64,000 nucleotides of DNA, taken from assembly GCA_021815445.1 (NCBI GenBank), contig JAKAGM010000001.1, positions 67,447 to 131,446 of the forward strand. Reading direction: 5' to 3'. A program made the translations under genes and the position numbers. Position 1 is the first letter of the stretch. Each line of letters opens with the position of its first letter. Positions 18,326-27,149 of this stretch are shown piece after piece. Under the pieces are notes generated by a model. That model had not been told where the DNA came from. It worked only from the letters and a program-made list of their open reading frames with translations, and ran no database searches. The stretch comes from a bacterium (lineage in GTDB: Bacteria > Patescibacteriota > Patescibacteriia > UBA10025).

Positions 18326-18448
18326 CCTCCGGGCGGGCTCCACTTTTCTTTGCTCGTCCAAAGAAAAGTGGAGAGAAAAGAAAAGACGTCGCGGCGCAAA
18401 CTCACCCCACCCCATCGGATGGCGTGGGGTTCAGACAGTGCGCCGCGA
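18326..18448 (+). repeat. Structured intergenic repeat, copy A
   Basis: 15-bp hairpin CTCCACTTTTCTTTG/CAAAGAAAAGTGGAG plus a 10-bp stem TCGCGGCGCA/TGCGCCGCGA; near-identical to 20542-20663. Confidence 0.85.
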
Positions 18449-18602
18449 ACAAGATACTATTTTACGGGGTTTTTGGGAATAGGCCAATGTAAGTTGTTAT
18501 GACAGAAATCACCATTGGGAACCTCTGGTAGCCCATTTTTTGGTATAAAGAAAAGGGCGGGAGATGCTCATGATCCCCATCCCCCGAAGTGCGATTTTGC
18601 TC

Positions 18603-18836
18603 CTACCATTTGATTTTCGATCTCTTTCGGCGTTTATGACCCCTTTTACGATCACGCCTTTCCCGAGCGATACGGGTGATTTCGGCGATGTGCCTTCGCC
18701 TCCCAGGAGAGCTGAATTCTTGGTGCAACTTCAGCTCCTTCATGACACCTGACTTTTCGACGGTTTTTTGAAAACGTTTCATCGCTCTCTCAAAACTCTC
18801 GTCGCCTCTCACCCTCACCCCAACTCCTCCGTGCAT
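18603..18836 (-). CDS. rpsU: Ribosomal protein bS21
   Basis: VRVRGDESFERAMKRFQKTVEKSGVMKELK...P plus a basic tail; strong SD AAGGAGGAGG. Confidence 0.85.
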   Translation of the reverse strand: MHGGVGVRVRGDESFERAMKRFQKTVEKSGVMKELKLHQEFSSPGRRRHIAEITRIARERRDRKRGHKRRKRSKIKW

Positions 18837-18935
18837 GCCTCCTCCTTGATAGGCCAGGTGAACGTTGGTATTTATCACAGTGTAGTGAGAGGGCGTTTTA
18901 CTGTCAAGCATGGAGTGAGGTACACTATAGGCACT

Positions 18936-19616
18936 ATGGGAACACTCTCAGTTATCGCCACGCCAATAGGAAATCTCGAGGATATCACGCTTCGCGCCTT
19001 GCGGATATTGAAAGAGTGCGACGCGGTCCTTTGCGAGGATACCCGCCAGACCCAGAAACTGTTGGGGCATTTTGACATTCACAAACGCGTCATCAGCTAC
19101 CACCAGCATTCGAGCGAGGAGCGGACCCAGGAGATTCTCGACCTCCTTCGAGCGGGTAGAAAGCTGGCTTTAGTGAGTGACAGCGGTACCCCGGCAGTGT
19201 CCGACCCTGGAGGAAGGCTTGTCAGACGGGTTCGCGACGAGTTTAGAAGCGATGTTATTATTAACCCCATTCCCGGCCCTTCGGCGGTGACAGCTGCAGC
19301 GTCGGTGGCAGGAGTCCCCACCGACGAATTTCTTTTTCTCGGATTTCTGCCTCACAAAAAAGGCAGACAGACGCTGGTTAAGGAGATCGCCGACTGTAAA
19401 CGGACTCTCATCTTTTACGAATCCCCGCACCGTATCCACAAGGCGATGGAGCAGCTCAAAGAAGTGCTTGACCCGGAACGCATGATAGTTGTTTGCCGCG
19501 AACTGACAAAGAAATTTGAAACTATAGTTAGCGGACCCTTTGAGGAAGTTTCAACCAAAATACTTTCCGAGGAACCGAGAGGGGAGTACGTCGTAGTAGT
19601 TGCGGGAAAGTCATAG
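18936..19616 (+). CDS. rsmI: 16S rRNA C1402 2'-O-methyltransferase
   Basis: ATPIGNLEDITLRA, CEDTR, SDSGTPAVSDPG, FYESPHR, RELTKKFE. Confidence 0.96.
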   Translation: MGTLSVIATPIGNLEDITLRALRILKECDAVLCEDTRQTQKLLGHFDIHKRVISYHQHSSEERTQEILDLLRAGRKLALVSDSGTPAVSDPGGRLVRRVRDEFRSDVIINPIPGPSAVTAAASVAGVPTDEFLFLGFLPHKKGRQTLVKEIADCKRTLIFYESPHRIHKAMEQLKEVLDPERMIVVCRELTKKFETIVSGPFEEVSTKILSEEPRGEYVVVVAGKS

Positions 19617-19636
19617 AGATTGAAAAAAATACTACC

Positions 19637-20482
19637 GTGGATAAAGAAATAGACATTTTTTTTGACGTTGATTACACCGTGCTCGATTTTGAGCCGGCTC
19701 ATCGTCGAGCTATAGCTTTGCTTGGAGAGAAGTATGGACAGGCATTCGCCAAGGAGTTCAAGAATATTTTTGATATTGTTCTTGAGGGCAAACGGGTCAA
19801 AGATGATGTATGGACTGCCGTACCTGGCGGCCGGCACGCTTATGAACAAACGGTGAGTCAGCTTCAAGCCCTCACACAACATCAAAAGCCTTTTATCTGG
19901 AGTCGTGAACTGCACGCTGCGTTAGCCGGTAAGCGGGTTCAAAGAACTCTTTCACCGGAACAATCGGTGGAAGCCGCAGAAATATACTGGACTGGCATTC
20001 GCAACTATGGCAGGCCATTTTCTGACACGCAGGCATTGATCAATCACCTGGACAGCCAGTCGATTGGATACCATCTCTTCTCAAGTTCCGATTTTCGTTT
20101 GAAGTCGCATTCAGGGACGTGGCAGTATGATCCTGAATATTCTGCAAGCCGGAAAATGGAACGAATGACGGAGTTGCGGCATTTTGGAATAAAACCAGAA
20201 AGTATTACTATCGGCGATCCGGTTGATAAACCGGAGCCGGCTTTTTATGCAAAGATGCTACGCATCGCCTCAGAGGCAGTGAAAAAAACCATTGAACCGC
20301 AACAGTCGATAATTGTTGGGGACTCATATGTGGTCGATGTTCAGGTTCCGGTACAACAGTTACATTTTCTCAGGGGATATTGGTTACGACGGGGAGAGAA
20401 ATCAGCACAACTGAGCGAAAATATTTTTTCGATCAGTTCTCTGGAAGAGATCATCCAACATATTAATGCTCTGTCATCCTGA
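19637..20482 (+). CDS. HAD-superfamily hydrolase
   Basis: FFDVDYTV motif I, KPEP and IVGDS...D motif IV. Confidence 0.8.
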   Translation: MDKEIDIFFDVDYTVLDFEPAHRRAIALLGEKYGQAFAKEFKNIFDIVLEGKRVKDDVWTAVPGGRHAYEQTVSQLQALTQHQKPFIWSRELHAALAGKRVQRTLSPEQSVEAAEIYWTGIRNYGRPFSDTQALINHLDSQSIGYHLFSSSDFRLKSHSGTWQYDPEYSASRKMERMTELRHFGIKPESITIGDPVDKPEPAFYAKMLRIASEAVKKTIEPQQSIIVGDSYVVDVQVPVQQLHFLRGYWLRRGEKSAQLSENIFSISSLEEIIQHINALSS

Positions 20483-20510
20483 CCTCGTCGAATGATGGGG
20501 GAAGGATCCC
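20472..20510. repeat. REP-like palindrome overlapping the HAD stop codon
   Basis: TGTCATCCTGA...GAAGGATCCC, with the same GTCAT foot as the REPs at 24365 and 24722. Confidence 0.5.
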
Positions 20511-20541
20511 GATGTTCTGCGCATGGGATTTTTTTAGTTCT

Positions 20542-20663
20542 CCTCCGGAGGGGCTCCACTTTTCTTTGCTCGTCCAAAGAAAAGTGGAGAGAAAAGAAAG
20601 GACGTCGCGGCGCAAACTCACCCCGCACCATTTGATGGTGCAGGGTTCAAACATGCGCCGCGA
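20542..20663 (+). repeat. Structured intergenic repeat, copy B
   Basis: Same outer stems as copy A; the inner stem differs in sequence but still pairs. Confidence 0.85.
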
Positions 20664-20770
20664 GGGATGCGGGGTTTTCTCCAGGCTTTTATTCCGAAAC
20701 GATTTTTTGACAATATCTCGTCATTTGTTAGGCTGGGGGTAGTGACACTGGCCCTTTTTCGGAGGTGAAC

Positions 20771-20971
20771 ATGGGAAAGCGAGGGAACACCCAATCTCAA
20801 AAGCGTCCTTTGGCACCTGTGGTAAAACGACTGACCTCCACGCAGATATGCGATGCATGCAGTCCGGGTGCTCAGACGCGATGTTTTCACTGTCCAGAGT
20901 GTCCGGTGGGCGCTGACCCCGGAAACGGTTTCGTTTCCCGCACACCGTTCGAGGTCCTTCCACCCCTGTGA
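20771..20971 (+). CDS. Small Cys-rich protein
   Basis: SD GGAGGTG, TTGACA promoter near 20707, CDAC...CFHCPEC, downstream terminator GCC..GGC plus T run. Confidence 0.55.
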   Translation: MGKRGNTQSQKRPLAPVVKRLTSTQICDACSPGAQTRCFHCPECPVGADPGNGFVSRTPFEVLPPL

Positions 20972-21037
20972 TGGCGAAGCCACCGGGGGCTTTTTTTATT
21001 GGGCCAGAATCGTTAGTATGATATACTTACATACGGT

Positions 21038-22477
21038 ATGAAGAAGAAGTTCTACATTACAACCCCGATTTACTATGTAAATGATAAGCCGCACATCGGC
21101 CACGCGTATACAACCATTGCCGCTGATGTACTGGCGCGGTGGCATCGTGCCCAGGGTCATGACGTTTTTTTTCTCACCGGTACTGACGAGCATGGGGACA
21201 AGGTGGCTGAGAGCGCGAAGAAACAGGGGATGGGCGTCGAAGAGTTTGTAGAAAAAAATGCCGCTGAGTTCGAAAAGACGTTTACGAACCTCAACATCCG
21301 GTTCGACGTTTTTATGCGCACCACGTTTCCTGAGCATAATGAATCGGTGCAAATATTCATGCGGAAATTGAAAGACGCCGGAGCGCTCTACGAGGGTGTC
21401 TACCAGGGGCTCTATTGCAAAGGGTGTGAGGATTTTTACATGGAAAAGGATTTGATCGACGGGAAGTGTCCTATCCACAATATCCCGCCCGAGATAGTGA
21501 AAGAGAAGAACTGGTTTTTCAAGCTTGAATCATACTTGCCCCGAGTTCGTGAACTTATCGAGTCGGGAGAAATAGCTGTAGAGCCCGAAGCGCGTAAAAA
21601 CGAGGTGCTCGGACTTTTCAAGCAGGAATTGAAGGACTTCTCAGTAACTCGTGAGCGCGTAAGGTGGGGGTTGGATTTCCTCGGCACCGGCCAGAAAATA
21701 TATGTCTGGGTCGAAGCGCTGCAAAATTACATCTCAGCCGTCGGATACGGCCGTGACGAAAAGCAGTTCAAGAAGTGGTGGCCGGCCGATGTTCACTTGA
21801 TGGCGAAGGACATTATCAAGTTCCATGCTATTTACTGGCCGGCCATGCTGATCGCTGCAGGCGTTGAGACGCCGAAAAAAATATACGCCCATGGTTTTTT
21901 CAGTCTCGACGGCAAAAAAATGTCTAAATCGCTGGGGAACGTGATCGATCCGAATGACCTCGTCAAAAAGTTCGGCGCTGACGCGACAAGGTTTCTTCTG
22001 CTGTTACAGTTTCCTTTTGGGCAGGACGGCGACATCAAAGAATCAAAGTTTGTGGAACAGTACAACGCTTTTCTTGCTAATTCGATCGGCAATCTCGTCA
22101 GCAGAGTCGCAACCCTCGTCGAGCAAAGCGGTAGTACATTACCGTCACGACAGGATCTTGACGAGAAAAAAATTCTTATAAAAAGGTTTTTAAAAGATTT
22201 ACCTCAAGAAATTGAACGAATGGATTTTAACGCCGCGTTAAGCACGATTTTCACTGCGTTAAAAAACCTTAACGAGGATATAGCTAGAGATAAACCATGG
22301 GAAATGGAAGTAGGAGATGAAGGGCGACTCAGTTTGTTACGAGGTTATGTGGATGGGATTCTCGAAGTTGCTCGGGCGCTCGAACCCTTTATGCCCGAAA
22401 CAAGCAAAGCGGTCATTCACCAGTTTACAGCAAAGAAAATAACTAAAGGTAGACCGCTTTTTCCCCGCATGTCATAA
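21038..22477 (+). CDS. metG: Methionine--tRNA ligase
   Basis: TTPIYYVN, HIGH, GTDEHG, KDIIKFH, KMSKS. Confidence 0.97.
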   Translation: MKKKFYITTPIYYVNDKPHIGHAYTTIAADVLARWHRAQGHDVFFLTGTDEHGDKVAESAKKQGMGVEEFVEKNAAEFEKTFTNLNIRFDVFMRTTFPEHNESVQIFMRKLKDAGALYEGVYQGLYCKGCEDFYMEKDLIDGKCPIHNIPPEIVKEKNWFFKLESYLPRVRELIESGEIAVEPEARKNEVLGLFKQELKDFSVTRERVRWGLDFLGTGQKIYVWVEALQNYISAVGYGRDEKQFKKWWPADVHLMAKDIIKFHAIYWPAMLIAAGVETPKKIYAHGFFSLDGKKMSKSLGNVIDPNDLVKKFGADATRFLLLLQFPFGQDGDIKESKFVEQYNAFLANSIGNLVSRVATLVEQSGSTLPSRQDLDEKKILIKRFLKDLPQEIERMDFNAALSTIFTALKNLNEDIARDKPWEMEVGDEGRLSLLRGYVDGILEVARALEPFMPETSKAVIHQFTAKKITKGRPLFPRMS

Positions 22478-22497
22478 TATCCACAGGAGAATACCTT

Positions 22498-23007
22498 ATG
22501 CCCACATTTGACCTGGTCCTCATCATACTTTTTCTCTATTTCGTGTTTAGCGGGTTTTGGTTCGGGCTCATCCACACGGTAGGCGTTATACTCGGCGTCG
22601 TTGTCGGCGTACTTGCGGCGGGGAATTTTTACGAATCAGTTGCCACATTCTTGCAGTTTTTGTTTTTCAAAGCGGGTGTGGCCCACGTCGTGGCGTTCAT
22701 CCTCATTTTCGTCGTCGTCAACCAGCTGGTGGGGTTTATTTTCCAGAGGATAGACAAAGGGTTCAAGCTGGTAAGCATTATCCCGTTTTTGGGACCCATC
22801 AACAGGCTTGCCGGCGCCGTTCTCGGCATCGTCGCAGGGTTCCTTATTCTCGGCACAATCCTCACCGTCGCGAAGGCGTATCCGTTCTCGGATTCTTTTT
22901 CGCACAGCCTCGAGACATCGCAGATAGCCCATCTGCTCATCGGAGGCGCGGCGATACTTACCGCCCTTCTTCCCGAGCACCTGAAAAGCATCATCCGCGC
23001 TGCGTAG
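22498..23007 (+). CDS. cvpA: CvpA family membrane protein
   Basis: D...GFWFGLI and NRLAGAVLG pattern with 4 TM segments. Confidence 0.85.
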   Translation: MPTFDLVLIILFLYFVFSGFWFGLIHTVGVILGVVVGVLAAGNFYESVATFLQFLFFKAGVAHVVAFILIFVVVNQLVGFIFQRIDKGFKLVSIIPFLGPINRLAGAVLGIVAGFLILGTILTVAKAYPFSDSFSHSLETSQIAHLLIGGAAILTALLPEHLKSIIRAA

Positions 23008-23025
23008 CGGAGGCGGCATCCTGCC

Positions 23026-23868
23026 ATGGAGCTCATCGATACCCACTGTCATCTCAATTTTAACGCCTACAAGGACGACATAGACCAGGTCGTGAAACGC
23101 ACCCTCGATGCGGGGATGCGCGTGATTAACGTCGGCTCGCAGAGCACGACGAGCCAGCGCGCTATCGACATGGCGGCCCAGTACCCGGGCAAGATGTTCG
23201 CCGCAGTCGCGCTTCATCCCATCCATCTCCACACGATGCACGTAGACGAGGTGGAGATTCCTTTCACGACCCGCGAGGAAGAGTTCGACGAGAAGCTGTA
23301 CGACAAGCTCGCCCAGAAACCGGGCGTTGTCGCAATCGGAGAGTGCGGGCTTGATTATTTCCGCATCCCCGGCGACATTGACGAAGCTGAGTATATCAAA
23401 AAACAGAAGGATGTCTTTCTCAAACATGTTGAGCTGGCGCAAAGGCGGTCACTCCCGCTTATTTTGCATTGCAGATCAATGAAAGACGACCCCGAACGCG
23501 CATACCTCGAAATGCTCGAGGTACTACAGCACGCGAACTATTCCCGCGGCGTTGTCCACTGTTACGGCTCGACGCTCAACGTGGCAAAGAAATTTCTCGA
23601 CGTCGGTTTCATGATTTCGTTCACCGGCATCATAACCTTTCCGAATGCGAAAGAGCTTGTCGAGGTAGTGAAGTTCGTCCCGCTGGACCGGATGATGGTG
23701 GAGACCGACGCGCCATACCTTGCTCCTCAACAGTTCAGGGGCAAACGTAACGAGCCGCTCTACGTGAAGTATGTTGCAGAAAAGGTGGCCGAAACCAAGA
23801 GCGTTCAGCTCGAAGACGTCGCACGCCAGACGACGGAGAATGCTGAAAAGTTTTTTGGGTTACAGTAA
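23026..23868 (+). CDS. tatD: TatD-family hydrolase
   Basis: DTHCH, AIGECGLDY, LHCR, GVVHC, VETDAPYLAP. Confidence 0.95.
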   Translation: MELIDTHCHLNFNAYKDDIDQVVKRTLDAGMRVINVGSQSTTSQRAIDMAAQYPGKMFAAVALHPIHLHTMHVDEVEIPFTTREEEFDEKLYDKLAQKPGVVAIGECGLDYFRIPGDIDEAEYIKKQKDVFLKHVELAQRRSLPLILHCRSMKDDPERAYLEMLEVLQHANYSRGVVHCYGSTLNVAKKFLDVGFMISFTGIITFPNAKELVEVVKFVPLDRMMVETDAPYLAPQQFRGKRNEPLYVKYVAEKVAETKSVQLEDVARQTTENAEKFFGLQ

Positions 23869-23943
23869 GCGGTTTCATGGAATAAAAAGACCCCGTCCAA
23901 GACGATATGGACGGGGTGTAAAGCTGAGAAAGATCGGCTGTCA

Positions 23944-24138
23944 TCAGTCGTCGTCACCCTCGGGGATTGGCCCGCCGACCTTATGGCCGCTGCCGGTAGT
24001 CCAGCTGCAGCCGTCTGGCTGGAAAGCGGTGAGCGTGTGTCGCGGCAACTCTCCATCCGACGGATCTTCTGGGACCTGCGACTGCGCTTGTTGCGAAACT
24101 CCGTTTCCGGATTCCCTCGAACTTTTTTGATTCCTCAT
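23944..24138 (-). CDS. Small hydrophilic peptide (64 aa)
   Basis: SD GAGGGG, minus-strand TTGACA..TACTAT promoter near 24199-24226, hairpin at 23890-23916 downstream. Confidence 0.5.
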   Translation of the reverse strand: MRNQKSSRESGNGVSQQAQSQVPEDPSDGELPRHTLTAFQPDGCSWTTGSGHKVGGPIPEGDDD

Positions 24139-24364
24139 GCCGCCCCCTCTGCTTGTTTGTTGCCGTTGGGTGAAAGAGCTTTGTTAAAGTTACCGGAGAT
24201 AGTAGCATATTTTTGGAGCTTGTCAAGGCGGTGTACAGTTAATACCTTGAAGTGACAGTTGGTACGCTGGGCTAGTTTGACGAACGTTCATATTTACAAT
24301 ACAATTCGTTTACATTCACCCGTCGCTTTATCGAGCGGCAGGTTTGTATTTCTTTCACCCTAGT

Positions 24365-24722
24365 TTGTCATCCCGAACTCGATTCGGGATCTTTATAAAG
24401 TATGGAGAGAACCTATTACGTTTATATCATCACAAATACATATAATACCGTATTCTATATTGGTGTCACTAATGATATTATTAGGAGAACAATCGAACAT
24501 AGGACAGGTATTATTGTGGGATTTAGTAAGCGATACAAGCTGCATAAGCTCGTTTTTTATGAAGTAACTGGTGACATTAGCTACGCCCTCGCGCGCGAAA
24601 AACAATTGAAGAATTGGCGTAGGAAATGGAAGCTCGATTTAATACGTACTATTAATCCTTCACTGAAAGATCTCATTGATGACCTATTTGATAAAGATGC
24701 CGAATCAAGTTCAGCATGACAA
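24365..24722. mobile_element. REP-flanked GIY-YIG nuclease module
   Basis: Inverted REP-like palindromes TTGTCATCCCGAACTCGATTCGGGATCT and AGATGCCGAATCAAGTTCAGCATGACAA bracket an AT-rich gene. Confidence 0.65.
24402..24719 (+). CDS. GIY-YIG nuclease family protein
   Basis: YYVYI...FYIGVTND..RR..EH and AREKQLKNWRRKWK..LI...NP. Confidence 0.92.
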   Translation: MERTYYVYIITNTYNTVFYIGVTNDIIRRTIEHRTGIIVGFSKRYKLHKLVFYEVTGDISYALAREKQLKNWRRKWKLDLIRTINPSLKDLIDDLFDKDAESSSA

Positions 24723-24764
24723 GCTTGTGTTGTTTTTAGCTTATAAATCCGCTACACTATCTCT

Positions 24765-25838
24765 ATGAATATTGCAGTCACCATCCTCGCAGTTCTCATT
24801 CTCATCGGCATCGTCGTGGTCGTTTTTATGCTGAGAAAGAAAGGCGGAGAAGGGGACACTGCTGTCCAAAAAGAGTTCCAGGAAAAGATGGTGCGGCTTG
24901 AGGAACGTATCGGCCAACTCAATGAGAAAGCCACCGAACAGACCCGCGTCCTCGACCAGAAGCTCGGCGAGTCAACACGCGCCATCCAAGAGCAGTTTAG
25001 CCACTCGACGAAGATTGTTCGCGACGTGACCGAGAAACTCACCAAGCTCGATGAAACCAACAAACAGGTGTTGAATTTCTCGGACCAATTGCGCAACCTC
25101 CAAGATATCCTGCAGAACCCGAAACAGCGCGGGATACTGGGCGAATACTTTTTGGACACGCTTCTTAAGAACGTACTGCCGCCCGGTTCGTACCAGATGC
25201 AGTACAAATTCAAAGACGGTGAAATCGTTGACGCCGTGGTGAAAATCAAGGACAAGCTGGTGCCAATAGATTCCAAGTTCAGCCTGGAAAATTACAACAG
25301 GTTATCTGAAACGCACGACGAGGCAGAACGGAAAGTCCTCGAAAAAGCTTTCGTCAACGATTTGAAAATGCGCATCCAGGAAACGGCCAAGTACATCCGC
25401 CCCAGCGAAGACACGCTCGATTTCGCTTTTATGTTCATCCCGTCAGAGGCGATTTACTACGACCTGCTCGTCAATAAAGTCGGCGCTATTACGGAGGACA
25501 CCGAGAACTTAATCCAGCGTGCCGCGAACAAGTATCATGTCATTATCGTTTCTCCGACCTCGTTCCTCGCCTACTTGCAGACGGTACTCGAAGGCCTCCG
25601 TGCAATGCAGATAGAGGAATCCGCCAAAGAAATCCGCAAGAATGTCGAACAGCTCGCAAAGCACCTGATAACTTATGACACCTACATGCAAAAGATGGGC
25701 CAACACCTTGGCACGACGGTGAACACGTACAATTCAGCATATAAAGAATTCAAGAAGGTTGATAAGGATGTATTGAAAATTGCAGATGTTGGTGGTAATG
25801 TGGAGCCGCTGGAATTAGAAAAGCCGAAGGAAGAATAG
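24765..25838 (+). CDS. rmuC: DNA recombination protein RmuC
   Basis: N-terminal TM segment, coiled coil, NPKQRGILGE, IDSKF, DFAFMFIPSEAIY, VSPTS. Confidence 0.93.
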   Translation: MNIAVTILAVLILIGIVVVVFMLRKKGGEGDTAVQKEFQEKMVRLEERIGQLNEKATEQTRVLDQKLGESTRAIQEQFSHSTKIVRDVTEKLTKLDETNKQVLNFSDQLRNLQDILQNPKQRGILGEYFLDTLLKNVLPPGSYQMQYKFKDGEIVDAVVKIKDKLVPIDSKFSLENYNRLSETHDEAERKVLEKAFVNDLKMRIQETAKYIRPSEDTLDFAFMFIPSEAIYYDLLVNKVGAITEDTENLIQRAANKYHVIIVSPTSFLAYLQTVLEGLRAMQIEESAKEIRKNVEQLAKHLITYDTYMQKMGQHLGTTVNTYNSAYKEFKKVDKDVLKIADVGGNVEPLELEKPKEE

Positions 25839-25871
25839 TTTAACATTTATTAACTCGCAACATCGCTAGAT

Positions 25872-26342
25872 ATGGACTCACAAAGCACAGTATTTGCAAA
25901 ATCAGTTCTTCAGGAAAAACACAAGTACAAAGTTTTACTTAACATTCTGGTGGGGCTGATTCTTGCTAGGTTGATTATTTTTTTCTTTTTAGCAATTCCC
26001 TCCCTTATCAATGCAAAAAATACTGTTGGCCTCATTCTTGGTGTTTTTTTCGTTCTTATATATGCAGCTGTCGCAATAGTTTGGATATTCCTGTTACGCA
26101 AACCTTATAAATGGGCGTACATTGTTTTTATTATCCTCTCGACATATTCGTTGCTTTCCTCAATGCAGGTAAATGCAAAAGGTTTCAGAGAAGCTTTGGG
26201 TATCGGTGGCGGTATTTTGATATCACTATTTGCTCTTATCTGCGCGTACGTAATCTATCGGGGAATTTTTCCAAAAAAGGAAAAGGCAATTGTTCAATCA
26301 GTGGATGGGCAACAAGTGTTAGGAAAGCCGAAAGAGGAGTAG
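25872..26342 (+). CDS. AT-rich 4-TM membrane protein
   Basis: Four hydrophobic segments; ends in LGKPKEE, like RmuC. Confidence 0.7.
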   Translation: MDSQSTVFAKSVLQEKHKYKVLLNILVGLILARLIIFFFLAIPSLINAKNTVGLILGVFFVLIYAAVAIVWIFLLRKPYKWAYIVFIILSTYSLLSSMQVNAKGFREALGIGGGILISLFALICAYVIYRGIFPKKEKAIVQSVDGQQVLGKPKEE

Positions 26343-26354
26343 CTGGTACGTTGT

Positions 26355-27149
26355 ATGATCAAGGTTAAAAACTTAACAAAAGTATTCAACGGCTTAACTG
26401 CCGTGAAGGATGTTTCGTTCGAGACCAGGGCGGGCGAGATTTTTGGTTTGCTCGGCCCTAACGGCGCCGGAAAGACGACGACTATTCGAGTCATTGCGAC
26501 TGTTCTTCAGCCGACATCAGGCACCGCAGAGGTTGCCGGCTTTGACATAATAAAACAGCCTGAGGACGTTCGCCGCAACATCGGTGTGCTGACCGCCGAG
26601 ATAGGGCTGTACGACAGGTTTACCGCGCGCGAGAACATGAGGTATTTCGGCCATCTTTACCGGATGGAAGGCGAGGCGCTTGAAAAACGGATCGAGTATC
26701 TTATCGAAGCTCTCGACATGGGGAGGTTTGCCGACAGGCGCGCCGGGCAGTTCTCCACAGGCATGAAGCAAAAGGTAGCCATCGCGCGATCGATCATCCA
26801 CGATCCCAAGGTGATTATTTTCGACGAACCGACTGCCGGTCTCGACGTGCTGGCTTCCCAGACAGTGATTGCGTTCATGCGAAAAGCCCGCGAGCAGGGG
26901 AATCTTGTTGTCCTCTCCACGCACGACATGGCCCACGCGCAAAAACTCTGCGACCGGGTTGCCATCATGCACAGGTCCCGCCTTGTCGCCTTAGACACCC
27001 AAGAACGCTTACTGCAGCAGACCAACACGCGGAACCTCGAGGATGCGTTCTTACAAATAGTCGGCGAGGATGCCGCAAAGCTTGTCGAGCACGAGCGCGA
27101 GGAACAGCATCTTGCCGGTATTAAAAAGAAAAGGAGATTCGGACTATGA
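26355..27149 (+). CDS. ABC transporter ATP-binding protein (NatA-like)
   Basis: GPNGAGKT, FSTGMKQK signature, IIFDEPT, STH. Confidence 0.92.
   Translation: MIKVKNLTKVFNGLTAVKDVSFETRAGEIFGLLGPNGAGKTTTIRVIATVLQPTSGTAEVAGFDIIKQPEDVRRNIGVLTAEIGLYDRFTARENMRYFGHLYRMEGEALEKRIEYLIEALDMGRFADRRAGQFSTGMKQKVAIARSIIHDPKVIIFDEPTAGLDVLASQTVIAFMRKAREQGNLVVLSTHDMAHAQKLCDRVAIMHRSRLVALDTQERLLQQTNTRNLEDAFLQIVGEDAAKLVEHEREEQHLAGIKKKRRFGL

Noticed and set aside
18229-18492. ORF spanning the structured repeat (similar ORFs near 20341-20742)
   Set aside because: Arises from the non-coding repeat, with no initiation signals or family motifs.
18326-20663. Possible CRISPR array
   Set aside because: Only two full copies about 2.2 kb apart, too long for CRISPR repeats, with no spacers or cas genes.
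22636-23442. 268 aa minus-strand ORF
   Set aside because: Antisense to well-supported cvpA and tatD.
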